Source: Antechinus flavipes
Lineage: Eukaryota
Direction of reading: 5' to 3'
DNA length: 64,000 nucleotides
Assembly: GCF_016432865.1 (NCBI RefSeq)
Contig: NC_067398.1
Span: 16,988,001 to 17,052,000, forward strand
Position 1 is the stretch's first letter. Each line of letters begins with the position of its first letter. Below are positions 12,121-25,005 of this stretch, piece after piece. The translations under genes were made by a program, and so were the position numbers. The notes below the pieces were generated by a model. That model was not told the origin of the DNA, searched no databases, and saw only the letters and a program-made list of their open reading frames with translations.

Positions 12121-12983
12121 CTGCCTCATAAATGTCAGTTAAATGAATATGCTCGAACTACAGAACATATACAATTTGCCCAATGATTTAAAAAATACAT
12201 ATATTCAGGGTTCTAGTTCACTTAAATTTAGTTCATGTTCAGAATTAGGAAAACACATATGTTTATTATTAACCAAAACCTTAGGGGGGAGTACAGGGAA
12301 AGTGGTGTTCCAAGTGTGTGATTTCTGCTGAAATACTCTGGCAAAATAAATACCTAATTCCCAAGAGCTGGAGCCTCTGTTTTCCCATTGCACAATATGC
12401 CTACCTCAGGTGTCTTTCCTAAATGTCTCAACTGTGTCAGCAAGAACTCTTGAAGCTTTCCTTTCGCTTGCCTTATACAAAAGGCTGAGACAACTAATCC
12501 CTCAAACAGCTCTGCTGGTCAGGGAACCCTTCGGATGGTGGCTGCCAAATTTCGCTGATCATTGTAGAACTTGGCAGGGACATCTGTGAAAGTGAGAACG
12601 TCTTTCTGTCATCAGCTTAGAGCACCCAGTGAAAAATGTCACCTGCTTGCAGTTTTCCATGTTGTATTCCCCATGTTGAGGATGCTCATGGAAGGGGAAC
12701 TGTGGAATGAAACTACTAGTGCTGGCAGATTTAAGAGAGTCAAGCTCAGGATTTGTTCTACAGCTCCTGCTCGGGTCACTAACAAACAGCCGTGTTCTGC
12801 TCCTTCAGAAATTTGTCTGCCATTAAATGAAGCCAAACATTTAAGTTCATTACAGAGACCTCCAAAATCATCTGATCCAAAGCTTTTTAAACTCTGGGTG
12901 GCGATCACACAACTGAATGTGGGAGCCATGAAAAATTTGGCAACAATAAAAAGTATCCAATGTTCCACCAAGATTTAATTCTT

Positions 12984-13361
12984 TTAAAAAATTTTTATTA
13001 TAGCTTTTTATTTACAAGTTATATGCATGAGTAATTTTTCAGCATTGACAGTTGCAAAACCTTTTGTCCAATTTTTCCCCTCCTTCTACCCCCTCCCCCA
13101 GATGGCAGGTTGACCAATACATGTTAAATATGTTAAAGTATATGTTAAATACAATGTAAGTATACATATCCATACAGTTATTTTGCTGTACAAAAAGAAT
13201 CGACTTTGAAATAGTGTACAATTAACCTGTGAAGGAAATAAAAAATGCAGGTGGACAAAAATAGAGGGATTGGGAATTCTATGTGGTGGTTCACACTCAT
13301 TTCCCTGAGTTCTTGCATTGGGTGTAGCTGGTTTAATTCATTACTGAGCTGATTTGTTTCA
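12984..13361 (-). mobile_element. 5'-truncated L1 3' end with TSD
   Basis: T-rich tail then marsupial L1 3'UTR (tagctttttatttacaag...cagatggcagg). Perfect 15-bp TSD caagatttaattctt at 12969-12983 and 13362-13376. Confidence 0.88.
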
Positions 13362-14716
13362 CAAGATTTAATTCTTGATATAAAAATAAACGCATCCATC
13401 TCAGTCTGCAAGTTTGCCTTCATCTTTAATAAATGGTAAGATTATGTGAAATCAATGAAATGTTTTAAAGTAAATTTCTTTGATGTCAGTAAATGTTTGA
13501 TTTGTGTACCTACTTTATATGCCTATAGATCTTGGGTCACATAAAATTATCTCAGGTGAAAATGGGTCACGAGTGAAAAAAAGAAGCCCTGATCTAATCC
13601 CAGTTTCATTTGGGGGGTTCAAGCTAGAAGTATCCCTTCAGAAGTCATTTAACCCAAGTGAGGAAGATGATGCTGAGGGAGACCCTTTTAATCACGGGGT
13701 GCCAAGAGCAGACATATATTTGGTTTAGGGAACAGGATCATATGGAGCAAGTTGTTAGCAAAAAGATGGTTTTTAATTAGTAAATCTGACTGTGAGTGAC
13801 CAGATCAGGAATTACCTGTACGTCTCCCTGATGTCATGGTTCTCTTTGGGAATAAAGGATGAGCAACAATAACTAACCAGCCCCAGCCCTGTTTGAACTC
13901 CTGAAATTGTGAGAGGATTGGGCATTAGTTAGCTTTTACTAAAAATGTTTTCTGAAAAGGTGTGAAAATGGTGCTAACAAAACCAAGCCCTCTAGTCCAG
14001 AGTGACAAACAGTAGGCACTTAATAAGTGCTTACTGGCTTGAATCCCTTCAAGCCTAGCACTTTAATGTCCTTAACAACTCAGCTCTCACTTCATTCTAG
14101 TGACCCCTTTGTAGGGTCAACATGCAATGATTAAGCACCTACTGAGTGCCTGGAACCATGATAAATCAGAAGTCTGAGAAGACTTACCTTATGTAATTTA
14201 CCTGCCCCGCTGGCACCCCAACGTGGGTCTGACTTTGGAAGGGGAAAACAAGCCCGCAGGGCCCCTCTCCTCTCGCCATCCCCAGCTGTGACACATCGCC
14301 ACGGGCGCCGTGCCAGGAGCATCCATGTGGAGGAGACCCAACAAGGCCCTGACATGACAAAGTGTCTCGGTGGGCCCTTCGGACCCATTATGCTCAATTA
14401 TGTCTCTTCCCAACAGCCTTAATCATCACAAATACCGGGGACCTGATTAAAAAGCCCATCAGTTTCAAGCTCTTCCCATAATTTTGATCGACAACATTAA
14501 ACGTTAATAGAAAAACATCTTATCTCTAATACAACAAGTGCCGACACGAAGACGGATGGGAAAAAGCAGCCGTATGGCGCGCACTATTCTCAGTGCCTGC
14601 CCGTGTTCCCAGCAGTACATCTTCGGTAGTAAGAGATGTAAGTGCTTAATAAATGCTTTCTTCGTTCACTTATCATATTGTGTCACTGAGCAGAATTGGA
14701 GTTTATTGGTAGATTA

Positions 14717-14795
14717 GGGGCAGCTAGAAGGCGCCATGGATGGAGCACCGGCCCTAAAGTCAGGAGGACCCGAGTTCGAATCTCAGTCCTGCCGC
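14717..14795 (+). mobile_element. Partial WSINE1/CORE-SINE head
   Basis: ggggcagctagaaggcgccatggatggagcaccggccctaaagtcaggaggacccgagttcgaatc, with an A/B-box-like tRNA head. Confidence 0.75.
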
Positions 14796-14829
14796 TGCAT
14801 TTGTGGTTCATCTCCGGGAGTTCTCAGTC

Positions 14830-16300
14830 TAAGGGGGTTATTGGTGGCCGCTGCTGCCCCCCTGTGGTTGGTGGCGGGATTGCAGACCCCTGGGCTGAGA
14901 ATCCCGAGCCAGCCGGACGTTTTGGGTCTAGAAATGCAAGGTTTCTGTAACGGATTCGGCCTCGTGGTCGGGGCTGCTTCGCGTAACCGGGACGGGAACC
15001 GGAGCTGGCCCGGGCTTGACTGGCAGGAGGAAATTCCCTCTGCTCATACACTCCCCCGGGGGGGAGTGGGAGGGGGCTGTCCAGACTCCCAATCTGCCAC
15101 GGCCAGAGGAGGCTGCGCCCCTCCCATCAGCCCCTCCCGTTCCTCTGCTTTAACGTCCTGACTGTGGCAAATGGAAGCGAAGGCAGTGAGCGTTTATATA
15201 GCGCCTGCTGTGTGCTTGGCCCATATCCCTTTTGAACCCCACAATAACCGTGCAGATCAGGGGCTGCAGGAAACCTGGGATCGAGGGGAAGTGACTCCCC
15301 AGAAATCTGGGTTCGAACCGCGCCATTGAGTTGCCGTCGATGGGCAAAGGGGCCCCTTACTGCCCCTTTCTCCCAATCGCGGCCTTTGGCCAGGGGGAGG
15401 GCTCAGCGGCAGCGGACGAAAAGCTCAGGAAGGATTCTCGGGGGTCAGGCCGATTCACCAAAGCGGCCCCAATCTGGCGCCAGCCCATCCCCGGCACTGC
15501 GCCCTCGTCCCGCCCTGCTGGGGCTCCGGGCCCCGGCTCAGAAACCCTTCCGCATGGGCGCCCATTTCCTGCCCATTTTCTAAAGGTGGAGTCATCCCCA
15601 TTTTAGCGATAAGCAAACTGAGGTTCCTAAGCGGCTGGCTGGCCCATCCATGAAGTTTCCTGCAACTCCGACGGTCACGTCCGACCCCTTGTGACCCCGT
15701 GGGGGGTTTTCTTGGCAGGGCCACTTCCTTCTCCAGCTCATCTTGCAGAGGGAGAAACTGAGGCCCACAGGATGGAGTCAGATAGTAAATCCCGAAGCAG
15801 GACTTGAACTCGGGCCTCTCTGCCTCCGGGCACTATCCGCTGACGCCCTGGGCGGCTTCCGCAGCCCTTCTTCCATCTGGCTTTGCTGCACTCCAGCCCA
15901 GCCTCCATCTCCCGACCCCAGGCTTTTTCCTCTGGCGGTCCCTGCCACGTGGGATGCTCCCCCCCCCCCTCCTCCTCCTCCTCCCTTCCCTTCCCCTTCT
16001 CCCCTCCTCTTCTTCCCCTCCCCCTTTTCTCTCTCCTCTCCCCCTCCCGGTCTCCCTAAAACCCCACCTTCCGCCGGAAGCCTTGCCCCCTCCCTCTTTC
16101 TCCTCGTGGAGCCTGCGGAGGCCCGGGCGCACCTGGCCTGTAGCTGATGTCTGCGTGGTCCTGGAGGACAGGGGCCCTGCTGCGGAAGCAGCTGCTGGCA
16201 CAAGGAGAGCGCCCAGCCTGGCTCGGGAAGTCCTGACTTCAAATCTGGCCTCGGGGGCTGAGCTGCGTGATCCTGGCCGAATCACTTGCCGCGGCTTGCC
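14830..16300. promoter_or_regulatory. CpG-island-like GC-rich region containing a C/T-only tract (~15958-16048)
   Basis: Visibly high CpG and GC density relative to 1-14 kb; includes MIR-like pieces; no spliced coding exon found. Confidence 0.4.
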
Positions 16301-17793
16301 TCAGTTTCCTTAAAGAGGATGAACGTTATCTGTCTTCCAGGATTGCTGTGAAGCTGAAATAAGATACTAGTTGTAACCTGGAAGAGTGTTTGCTTCCTTC
16401 TTTTTTCTCTTCTCTCTCCAGCATTCAGCAGTGTGCCTGCAGACAATAGGTGCTTAATAAATGCTTGTTTACTTGGTTGAAGATTATAAAGTAGGGAAGG
16501 GGTTGGGGGAAGGGAGAGAGGAAAAAAATTAGAAGACGAGGTTTTGCAGGAGTGAATGTTGAAAACTATGCCTATGTTTTCAAAATAAAAAATCTTTATT
16601 TCTTTAAAGTCTTTAAAAACTACAATTAAAAAAAATTTTTAAGATTATAAATTAAGGAACATGGACAAAATAGTTTCTTTTTCTTTCTTTCTTTCTTTTT
16701 CTTTAAAGCTCAAAATAGTTTCTAAAATCCCTTAGAGTTGAAATTTCTAACCCAGTGACTTTCAAAGGCACATTTATTATCATCCAAGCGTTCTCCACCT
16801 TTTATGTCAAAGCGAGAGAAACCAATGAACCCCTTCCCAGAATACGATTGTAAAATGCTTAAAACAAAACACAAGAGTGCAAAAGAAATCTATTGAAATA
16901 AAAGTTAAACTTTTTTTAAATTAAAAAAAAAAGAAAGTTGTAATTTTTCCCTCCCAAGTTCATGGACCTCCTAAAACCTCTCCGAGGGCTTCAAATTAAG
17001 AACTAGTAGATGATGCTAAGTCAGAGGTAACTTCAAAAGGGACGTCCCGTCATTTTGAGGCTCCCCTTAGCCATATTTGACCTTGGGTGGTTTCTCCTCT
17101 GCCACAGAATGAGTTAGTTGCTGTATCTGGTCCCTTGCACGGGTGCTGGTCGTCTGGAAAGTTTTATCCAGGAGCGTTTTCCATTAATGAGCAAAAAGGG
17201 GAAACTGAGGACTTCTCACCATAATAAACTTGGGTAATTCAGGACTCGGCGCCTAGGATCTGTTCATCCCCGAGGCTCTTGTTCTTCCTTCCAGTAGAAA
17301 ACATCTAAGCGATAACCCCTGGACCTTTACTCAACTGCTTAGAGAAGAGCCTGAATAATACTTTAATGGCTTGGAGACATACTAGAAGTCTCCGAACTAG
17401 CAATCTGGGTCTGTTGCTTGAGAGAGCCCCAGTAAACCAAGTGTCCTAAAATGTTTTAGAAACCTTTAACCCCTCTGGCTTACTTCGTTGCTTATCTCTA
17501 AATCAATCTCCTATTGTGAGGGATTATGGGGTTTCTCATAAAGTCATTAACTCAGGTGGATCGAACTAAAACCTAAATTTTAGTTTCTGAAGGCCTGAGG
17601 GCTTTTGGGAAATGGAGTTCTTTGTACAAACGGGACAATAGAGGGTCCGGATTAGCTCGGGCATTCGCCAATGCTGTGACAAGCTGGCCACGGTCAATTT
17701 AGGCAAACACACTTGGGATAAATCAACTAAATGGGCTTGACTAGAATTTAGCAAACCTTTGCTGCTTCCACCTGAGCGAGCAGAGAGAATTAA

Positions 17794-17916
17794 TTTTTTA
17801 AAAATTTTTTTTTAGCTTTTTAATTTTTAATTTTTTAAAATAACTTTTTATTGACAGACCCCATGCCAGGGTAATTTTTTACAGCATTATCCCTTGCACT
17901 CACTTCTGTTCCGATT
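17794..17916 (-). mobile_element. Very short 5'-truncated young-family L1 with TSD
   Basis: T-rich tail plus ataactttttattgacagaccccatgccagggtaattttttacagcattatcccttgcac. 16-bp TSD gagcag(a/t)gagaattaa at 17778-17793 and 17917-17932. Confidence 0.85.
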
Positions 17917-18254
17917 GAGCAGTGAGAATTAACTGGGTAAGGGGGTAAGGTCGTGGGTTCCTGTGACTATTTAATCGCTTCTAATTCTGTAATCTGGGCC
18001 TCTTCTCTGAGAATCCAGGCCGGCTTCTCGGAGATTCTAATAAGGCTTCTGATCTTCACTGAGAGATCCGAGTAGACATTTTGAGTTGGGGGTTGCCAGG
18101 CCTGTCCCCCCACAGGAAGAAAATCCCAGCAGTCCTGTGACAGCTAAGGAGCCATCTCCTCCTCCCTCCCCCCCCCAAAAAAAAACCCAAAAAAACTGCC
18201 CATATGAGGGTGAAAGAAAGAACCAAGTTAGATTTTGTCAGAAATTGCCATTAA

Positions 18255-18390
18255 GGGGCAGCGCGGTGGCGCAGTGGATAAGGCATCAGCCCTGAAGTCA
18301 GGAGGACCTGAGTTCAAATCTGATCTCAGACTCTTAACACTTCTAGATGTGTGACCCTGGGCAAGTCACTTAACCCCAATTATCTTAACA
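18255..18390 (+). mobile_element. WSINE1-type SINE
   Basis: ggggcagcgcggtggcgcagtggataaggc...gagttcaaatc...gtgtgaccctgggcaagtcacttaaccccaatt, followed by a (TAAA)/(GATA)-like tail. Confidence 0.88.
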
Positions 18391-19176
18391 TAAATGAATT
18401 AATTAATTAATAAACAAATAAATAAATGAATGGATAGATGGATGGCTAGATAGATAAGAAATACTTAAGTCTCCAGGAAAACATGGAAGGTGTCAACAGC
18501 CTCCTTCTGCAATGGCAGCCTGGCCCTGAGGAATGAGTAAGTCTCTGATTTTGGCTCAGGACTTTGAGAAAAGTGAGGAAAGCTTTGCTCTCAGCTTGTC
18601 TGGAAGCCATTGGCCCGTCCTTGAAATTTACCCCGTTCAGTTGGCAAGTCAGGACTCAGTCTTGGGCCAGCCTTCATCTCCTTCAGACTGCCGAGTTGGT
18701 TCTACCCGAGACCCACAAGGAAATCCAAAAGCTCACTCATTGCCATGAGCTCAGGCTTCTGTTTTTTTCCAAGCCGTCTGGAGACTCATTCGCCTTCCTC
18801 GACAATACCCACCCACGCCTTCTCTTTCACCCCAGTCCTATTCCCCCCTTCTGGGTGATGAAGGGACGCCAGTGTTCTCAAAGGCAGGGGCTCATACCTG
18901 CCTCATGGCCCAGTGCCCTCCTCCTCCGCCTTTCCCTCCCTTCCTCAACTCGATCCCTTGGCCTTGAGGGTCCACTTCCTGCGGGGCCTTCTCAGATTTA
19001 ATATCATCAGCCTTTGGATTGGAGACTCCAAGTTGGGCCTTAAACTTTGCAATTAAGCTTTAGATCAATCTGTAATCATTTCAGAGTGGGAAGAAAGCTT
19101 GGCTCAAACTCCCGGTGGGCTTCCCTGGCCACCCCCCAGCACCTTTCCCTCTGGGATTAGCATGAGTATTGTACAA

Positions 19177-19179
<3 letters not shown>

Positions 19180-19210
<31 letters not shown>

Positions 19211-19262
19211 CGAGAGAGAGAGACAGAGAGAGAAAGAGAATGTGTGTGTATGTGTGTAAATG
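19180..19262. repeat. Compound (TA)n/(GA)n/(TG)n microsatellite
   Basis: Read directly. Confidence 0.85.
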
Positions 19263-20437
19263 TTGTCCTTGTAAATTATTATTCAGGACCACTATGGATC
19301 TCTCTAGATGTGGCTCAGCAAGATAAATATTAGGAGATATTCCTAGAGAATCCTCCATAACCTCCCATCCAAGGGTGACAGATTCCTGCCAGAAGGGGAA
19401 CGGGAGATTCAGGCCTTGAGACTGACCCATGGGCTCTCCTCAGAGAGAAGATACCAGGCTGGGCTTAGCTCTACCCGCCCACTAAATATTGTCGGTTCAG
19501 GAAAAATCATGTTAGATAGGATTGTACTCCTGATCACTATCTCTTAATAAGGACGGAGTGCACCAAGTTACATCTACGTGAGGCTTGAGTCCTCTTGGGG
19601 TCATCTCATCAACGAGAGAGAGCGAGACATTTTTTCTGATTCTCATAATCTTGAGCTTCTCTAAAATAGGAATTATGCTTCAAAGATGAAGCCATTTTAA
19701 CTGTCTCAGTTGGTTAGGGCATCAAGAGTTGTAATAAGATAACAATTCAGTGAACTGCCAGCAGAGAAGGTTAATCCTAGTCCACACTGGACCTGGCATC
19801 CCTCCTCTGCCCACCCACCATGTTCCTGCAACAGGGCTGCACAAGCTCCTCCGCTAGCTCGCAACCAAACTCTTCTGGATGGAGGAAGGAANNNNNNNNN
19901 NNNNNNNNNNNNNNNNNNNNNNNNNNNNNNNNNNNNNNNNNNNNNNNNNNNNNNNNNNNNNNNNNNNNNNNNNNNNNNNNNNNNNNNNNNNNNNNNNNNN
20001 NNNNNNNNNNNNNNNNNNNNNNNNNNNNNNNNNNNNNNNNNNNNNNNNNNNNNNNNNNNNNNNNNNNNNNNNNNNNNNNNNNNNNNNNNNNNNNNNNNNN
20101 NNNNNNNNNNNNNNNNNNNNNNNNNNNNNNNNNNNNNNNNNNNNNNNNNNNNNNNNNNNNNNNNNNNNNNNNNNNNNNNNNNNNNNNNNNNNNNNNNNNN
20201 NNNNNNNNNNNNNNNNNNNNNNNNNNNNNNNNNNNNNNNNNNNNNNNNNNNNNNNNNNNNNNNNNNNNNNNNNNNNNNNNNNNNNNNNNNNNNNNNNNNN
20301 NNNNNNNNNNNNNNNNNNNNNNNNNNNNNNNNNNNNNNNNNNNNNNNNNNNNNNNNNNNNNNNNNNNNNNNNNNNNNNNNNNNNNNNNNNNNNNNNNNNN
20401 NNNNNNNNNNNNNNNNNNNNNNNNNNNNNNNNTGGAC

Positions 20438-20945
20438 TGTAATGTTCTCATTAGCTTTCTGGAGGTCTTTGAATCAGCCTTCATTTCAGCTGAGTAATCA
20501 CCATGAGAATAGCCAGGTGATAAAGTCCAAAAGTCTTTCTTGCCTGGGGCTCGGCTAGCTTTCTGGAGGCCTTCAGACAGACTTTAGTTTCAGTGGAGGA
20601 GTAGAGGAGGGCAGGTCAGCCACCACCGTGGGGGAGATGAAGTGAATGTCTCTTCTTGGCTCTGAGATGTTGAGCTCCAGCCTCCAATCTTTTGTCTTCT
20701 CTGAGTCTGCTCCGAGTCCTCTCTAGGTCTGACTCTGGACTCTTAAATACTCTGTTACAATTCAATTCATTCATAATCCTGAGTATAAACCAATCATTAT
20801 ATCACTAGGGAATCATTATTTGTTGTAGAGAACTAGAACTAGAGAACTATTAAGCACCATGCACATAACTATTGTCTTATCAATTCCACTGAGTTAACAA
20901 CTTGTAAGAATCCTAGTTTCAAGTACAGAGTTCTGGCCCATTATA
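20438..20945 (-). mobile_element. Candidate solo LTR (~510 bp)
   Basis: On the minus strand it begins TATAATGGGCCAGAAC (TG to TA) and ends GAGAACATTACA, with an internal TATTTAAGAG. No clean TSD, and the left flank abuts a gap. Confidence 0.4.
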
Positions 20946-22849
20946 CTGGATCCAAGGATCTTTCCTCAAATCCTACGTTTGTCAGTCTCTCCTACCTATG
21001 TGACCTTAATCAAGTCATTTTTACCTTCACAGACTTAATTTTCCTTGCCTATAGAAAGAAGAGGGCAGATCAGCGAATCAGGTCCTTTTTAACTAAATCT
21101 TTGAGTATATATTTTAACAAGGGATTGAATCTCTAATACCCATTGCCCGTCCCCATTCCCAACTCTATTTTACTCACCACTAGGAAACTTTGGCCCAATG
21201 GCCCAACTTGATTTAGACATGATTAGGCAGTCATAAATTTGAGAGAGAAAGTGTCTGATTTATCCTGAATTTCAAATTCATACTGAGTTCCAGTTTATGA
21301 AAAGATTGTCAGACATAGAAAAGTCTGGAGGCCTGACCCCATCTCAAAAACTTACTAGTTAAGGGACATTGGATAAGTCATTTAACTTTCCCGACTTTCA
21401 GTTTCCATTTCTGTAAAATGGGGATAATTATCTTTGCACCCATCTATTCACAGGTGCTTGTGAGAAAAGCACTTGAAAGATCCCCAAATACCATCAAAAT
21501 GGCATTATTATTTAGGGAATTACGTCACATGAAATTCAAGGAGCTCTTGTGTCCGGCTGACCTGTTTCCGATCTATAAAGCCCAGAAGAAATAGATACTA
21601 ATATGGAGCATAATATTGATGGTCTTTAAAGAGCACAGACCTTGGGTTGTTTTTGCTTCTGTTTTTAAACAAATATCATTTGGTTAGTTCCTGCTTTCTC
21701 TAGTGCAGTTTCCCCAGAGGTCTGTCCAAGTGGCCTGTGAGCTTCGGCCCACAGCTCTAAACCAACCTTAGATGCATCCCCAGACCAACGCAGAATTATG
21801 GCTTTCCGGCTTTGGGGATTCTGCCAGGGGGATACTGGAGTCTCCTACAAGGGGGGCATTGTAGCCCGGGACTTTCAGTAACCGCTGTGGTCAAAGGGCA
21901 CAGACTTCCCCTCTGTGAACTGTCCATCTTTCCACACATTTTGCCCAATTGTGGTTAACGAGGGAAACTGACTTCCTTTTTCCATTGGTTCACTGGACAC
22001 AAAATGATTCAGTCTGGTAAATATTTCATGGTGCGAAGCAGGGAGCGTCCTGGCTGCACTTCTCATGTCATTAAGTCCTTTCTCTCTTGTCTGAACCTTC
22101 ATTGCCTTTCTTGGGGCAATGGAGATTTATGAACCTTTATTTTTTCCTATATGATTATGTCTGAAAAAGTTGTCTGTTCTATTTCCCTCAAAAAATAGTC
22201 TTTCATTTCCAAACCAACTCTCCCTTCAAGTGTTGATAAAGACCGTAACCCGACACAATGGTTTTTTAGACTCTGGGCTCTTCGGAAATTGGTTTCTGGG
22301 AGGAGACGGAGCCCTCGGCCTCGATTCTCCAAGGGCCAGGAGGACCAGCGCCAACTGGAGCCACAGGCAACAGGTCCAGCTGGAACCCCTGCTGTGTGGG
22401 CAGTTTGAATTCTCTGTCCAGAACAAGCGCTAGATTGGGACGTGGAGAGCCGATTTTGCTCCATTACCTATTATCTGGGTGACTTTGGACAAAACCTTCA
22501 AACTCCCTTAATCCCCATTTCTTCAGTGCTGTTAAGGTTCCTTCCTGCTCTAGAGCTAGGGTTCTCCTTTTAAGCAAAGAGTGTTGAAGGACACTAGGTC
22601 TGGGTTCCATGTGCTGGCTGGCCCGTTTGCTCGTTGTACAGTCTTTGTTTTGGGGGAAACCCTGCTGAGTTAGGGGAGAGGGAGAAGGGATACAGGCAAA
22701 AATGAACCCGCTCTAACCCAGCAGCATGACTACAAACCAGTTCTGGATACTCTGGTCTCTCACCACCCACGTCTCCCTAGACACGAAGGCAGAGCCGCCC
22801 AGATCAGAGGAGTTTGGGGAGCCTGGGGCAGCCCCGGGGCACAATCTGG

Positions 22850-23100
22850 GCTTATTATTATTATTATTAAAAATTATGATGTGGGCAATTTCAAAGGAAA
22901 GTGGGGAAACCTTTGTGATTTGATACAGACCAAAGTAAGCAGAAATATGAAAAAATGTATACAATAACATTATGGAGAAAAACAACTTGAAAACTTTAGA
23001 ACTCAGTTCATCAATGAAATGATAAGGCACAATAACAGAAAAATAAAGATGAAATATACCGTTCACTTCCTAATATAAAAATACTGAATTTAAAACACAA
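22850..23100 (+). mobile_element. Old AT-rich L1 fragment
   Basis: Resembles the L1 ORF2 end/3'UTR (atgatgtgggcaatttcaaaggaaagtggggaaacctttgtgatttgatacaga). Confidence 0.45.
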
Positions 23101-23734
23101 GAAGAGAACTATGTATTATGACTAATATAAAACTTTGATTTGATTGACTCTGCAGCTCCCTGCCTCCCTCCCTCCCTTCCTTTCCTTCCTTTTCACTTCC
23201 TCTCTCTACTTCCCTCCCTCTCTCTCCCCCTTTTTGTCTTTCTCTCTGTCTCTGTCTTTCTTTATGCAAGGATAATGAGAGACAGATTTTTTTAATGTGA
23301 AAAACAGATAAAGTTGAAAAAGAGAAAAGAAAGGGCTCTTCCATCAGTCACATGCCCTCCAAGAAACAGGCTCCCAGGCTCCATATCCATCCCAACCAGG
23401 AGGCAGAGCATACTTTGCATGCTCCAAATACTGTCGGCCACTGGTCAGTCCCTTTTTACGGGAGCGCCTGATGTAGTAATAAGGTTCTTCTTGCATCTGA
23501 CATAAAGAAAACCATTGGGGAGTGTTTGATGTGGAGAAGAGAAGGTCAGGAAGGATCTGAGAGTTGTTTTGCAGCTTTTGCGCAGTTCCCATATGGAAAA
23601 GGGATCAGACACATGGCCTCTCCAGGACAGAATCAGAAGCAATAGGTCAGTGGTCAAAGAGGTGAATGTAGGTAGGCTTAATATCCTCCCAGTGAGAGCG
23701 GTCTCCAGATGCAGCGGGCAGCTGGGTCAGACAG

Positions 23735-24520
23735 TCAAAAACACTTATTAAATACCTACGTGTGCCAGACACTATGCTTGGTATTGGGGACACAAGGAAA
23801 GGTAAAAGATCCCCGCTCTCCAGGAGCTTATGTCTAATGGCAGAGACAACATGCAAATAATTATGTAAAAACAAACTACACACAGAATAAATTGGAGTAA
23901 TCAACAGAGGGAAGCGGTCAGATTGAAGGGGAATCAGGAAAGGCTTCCTGGAGGAGATGGGATTTTAGCTGGGACTTGAAGAAAGTCAGAGGAACCCAAG
24001 AAGATGGCGGTGAGGAGGAGGAGAATTCCAGGTGTGGAGTTAAGAGGATTTTGTATGAACAGCAAGGAAGCTGATGTCGTGTTTGGCAGAGGATGCAGAG
24101 GGGGATGAAGTGTAGGGAGCCTGGAAGGTTCATGAGAAGGGCCAGACAGAAGAGGTAATGGGGAGCCATGGGAGTTTGTTGAGATCAGAGCTATGCTTGA
24201 GGAAAATCCATCCTGAATACAGGATACATTGGAGTGAAGGGAGATGGAGGCAGCAGATCTTCCAGGAGCTATTCCAGTAGTCCAGGCTGGAGGTGACGGG
24301 GACAGGGTCAGAGGAGGGAAGGGCCTGGTTCTGGAAAGGACGACTGATGGTGGGAGATGAGAGACAGAGGACCAGAGGAGAACCTCTAGGCCATAAGCAT
24401 GTAAGACTGGGAAGACGGCGCCCTTAATAGGAACAGGAAAGTCGGGAGGAGGAAGGGCTTGGGGGATAATGAGTGCAGGACATGTTGAATTTAAGATGTC
24501 TATGGGACATAGGTTCACTA
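23735..24520 (-). mobile_element. L2 LINE fragment
   Basis: L2 3' terminus in antisense (acacttattaaatacctacgtgtgccagacactatgc), then aaggcttcctggaggagatggga... and ctattccagtagtccaggctggaggtgac, typical of L2 ORF2 relics. Confidence 0.7.
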
Positions 24521-24554
24521 GGGATGTCACAGTGGATAGAGAATTGCATTCTGA

Positions 24555-25005
24555 CCTACGTGAACTGATGCTGAGTGAAATGAGCAGAACCAGGAGATCG
24601 TTGCACACGGCAACAGGAAGATTACATGATGGTAAATTCTGATGGATGTGGCTCTCTTCAGCAATGAGGTGATCCGGGTCAGTTCCAGTGGTTTTGTGAT
24701 GGAGAGATATCTGCATCCAGACACCCCCCAGGGGCCTGGGGATGGATCACAACATAATATTTTCACTTTTTTGTTGTTGTTTGCTTGCTTTTTTCTTTCT
24801 CATTTTTTTTTCCTTTTTGATCTGATTTTTCTTGTGCAGCAAAAGAATTATGGAAATATATGTAGAAGTATAGCACTGTTTAGGGGAAGAAATGGGGGAA
24901 GGGAGGCAGAAAAAATGAACACCAAGTTTTACAACGGTGAATGCATGTGTATTGATAATAAAAAGCTTAAAAAAAAAACCTTTGTTTTTTAAAATTAAAA
25001 AAGAG
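24555..25005 (+). mobile_element. L1 ORF2 end plus 3'UTR with A tail
   Basis: gaactgatgctgagtgaaatgagcagaaccaggagatcgttgcacacggcaac (ELMLSEMSRTRRSL..., same as the ORF2 end at 39.4 kb), then the 3'UTR and aataaaaaagcttaaaaaaaaa. Confidence 0.85.

Noticed and set aside
14696-16313. Many overlapping 100-170 aa ORFs on both strands
   Set aside because: Low-complexity Pro/Gly/Arg translations expected from stop-poor GC-rich DNA; no recognisable homology.
23934-24716. 260-aa minus-strand ORF
   Set aside because: It runs across an antisense L1 end and a decayed L2; a chance open frame in repeats.
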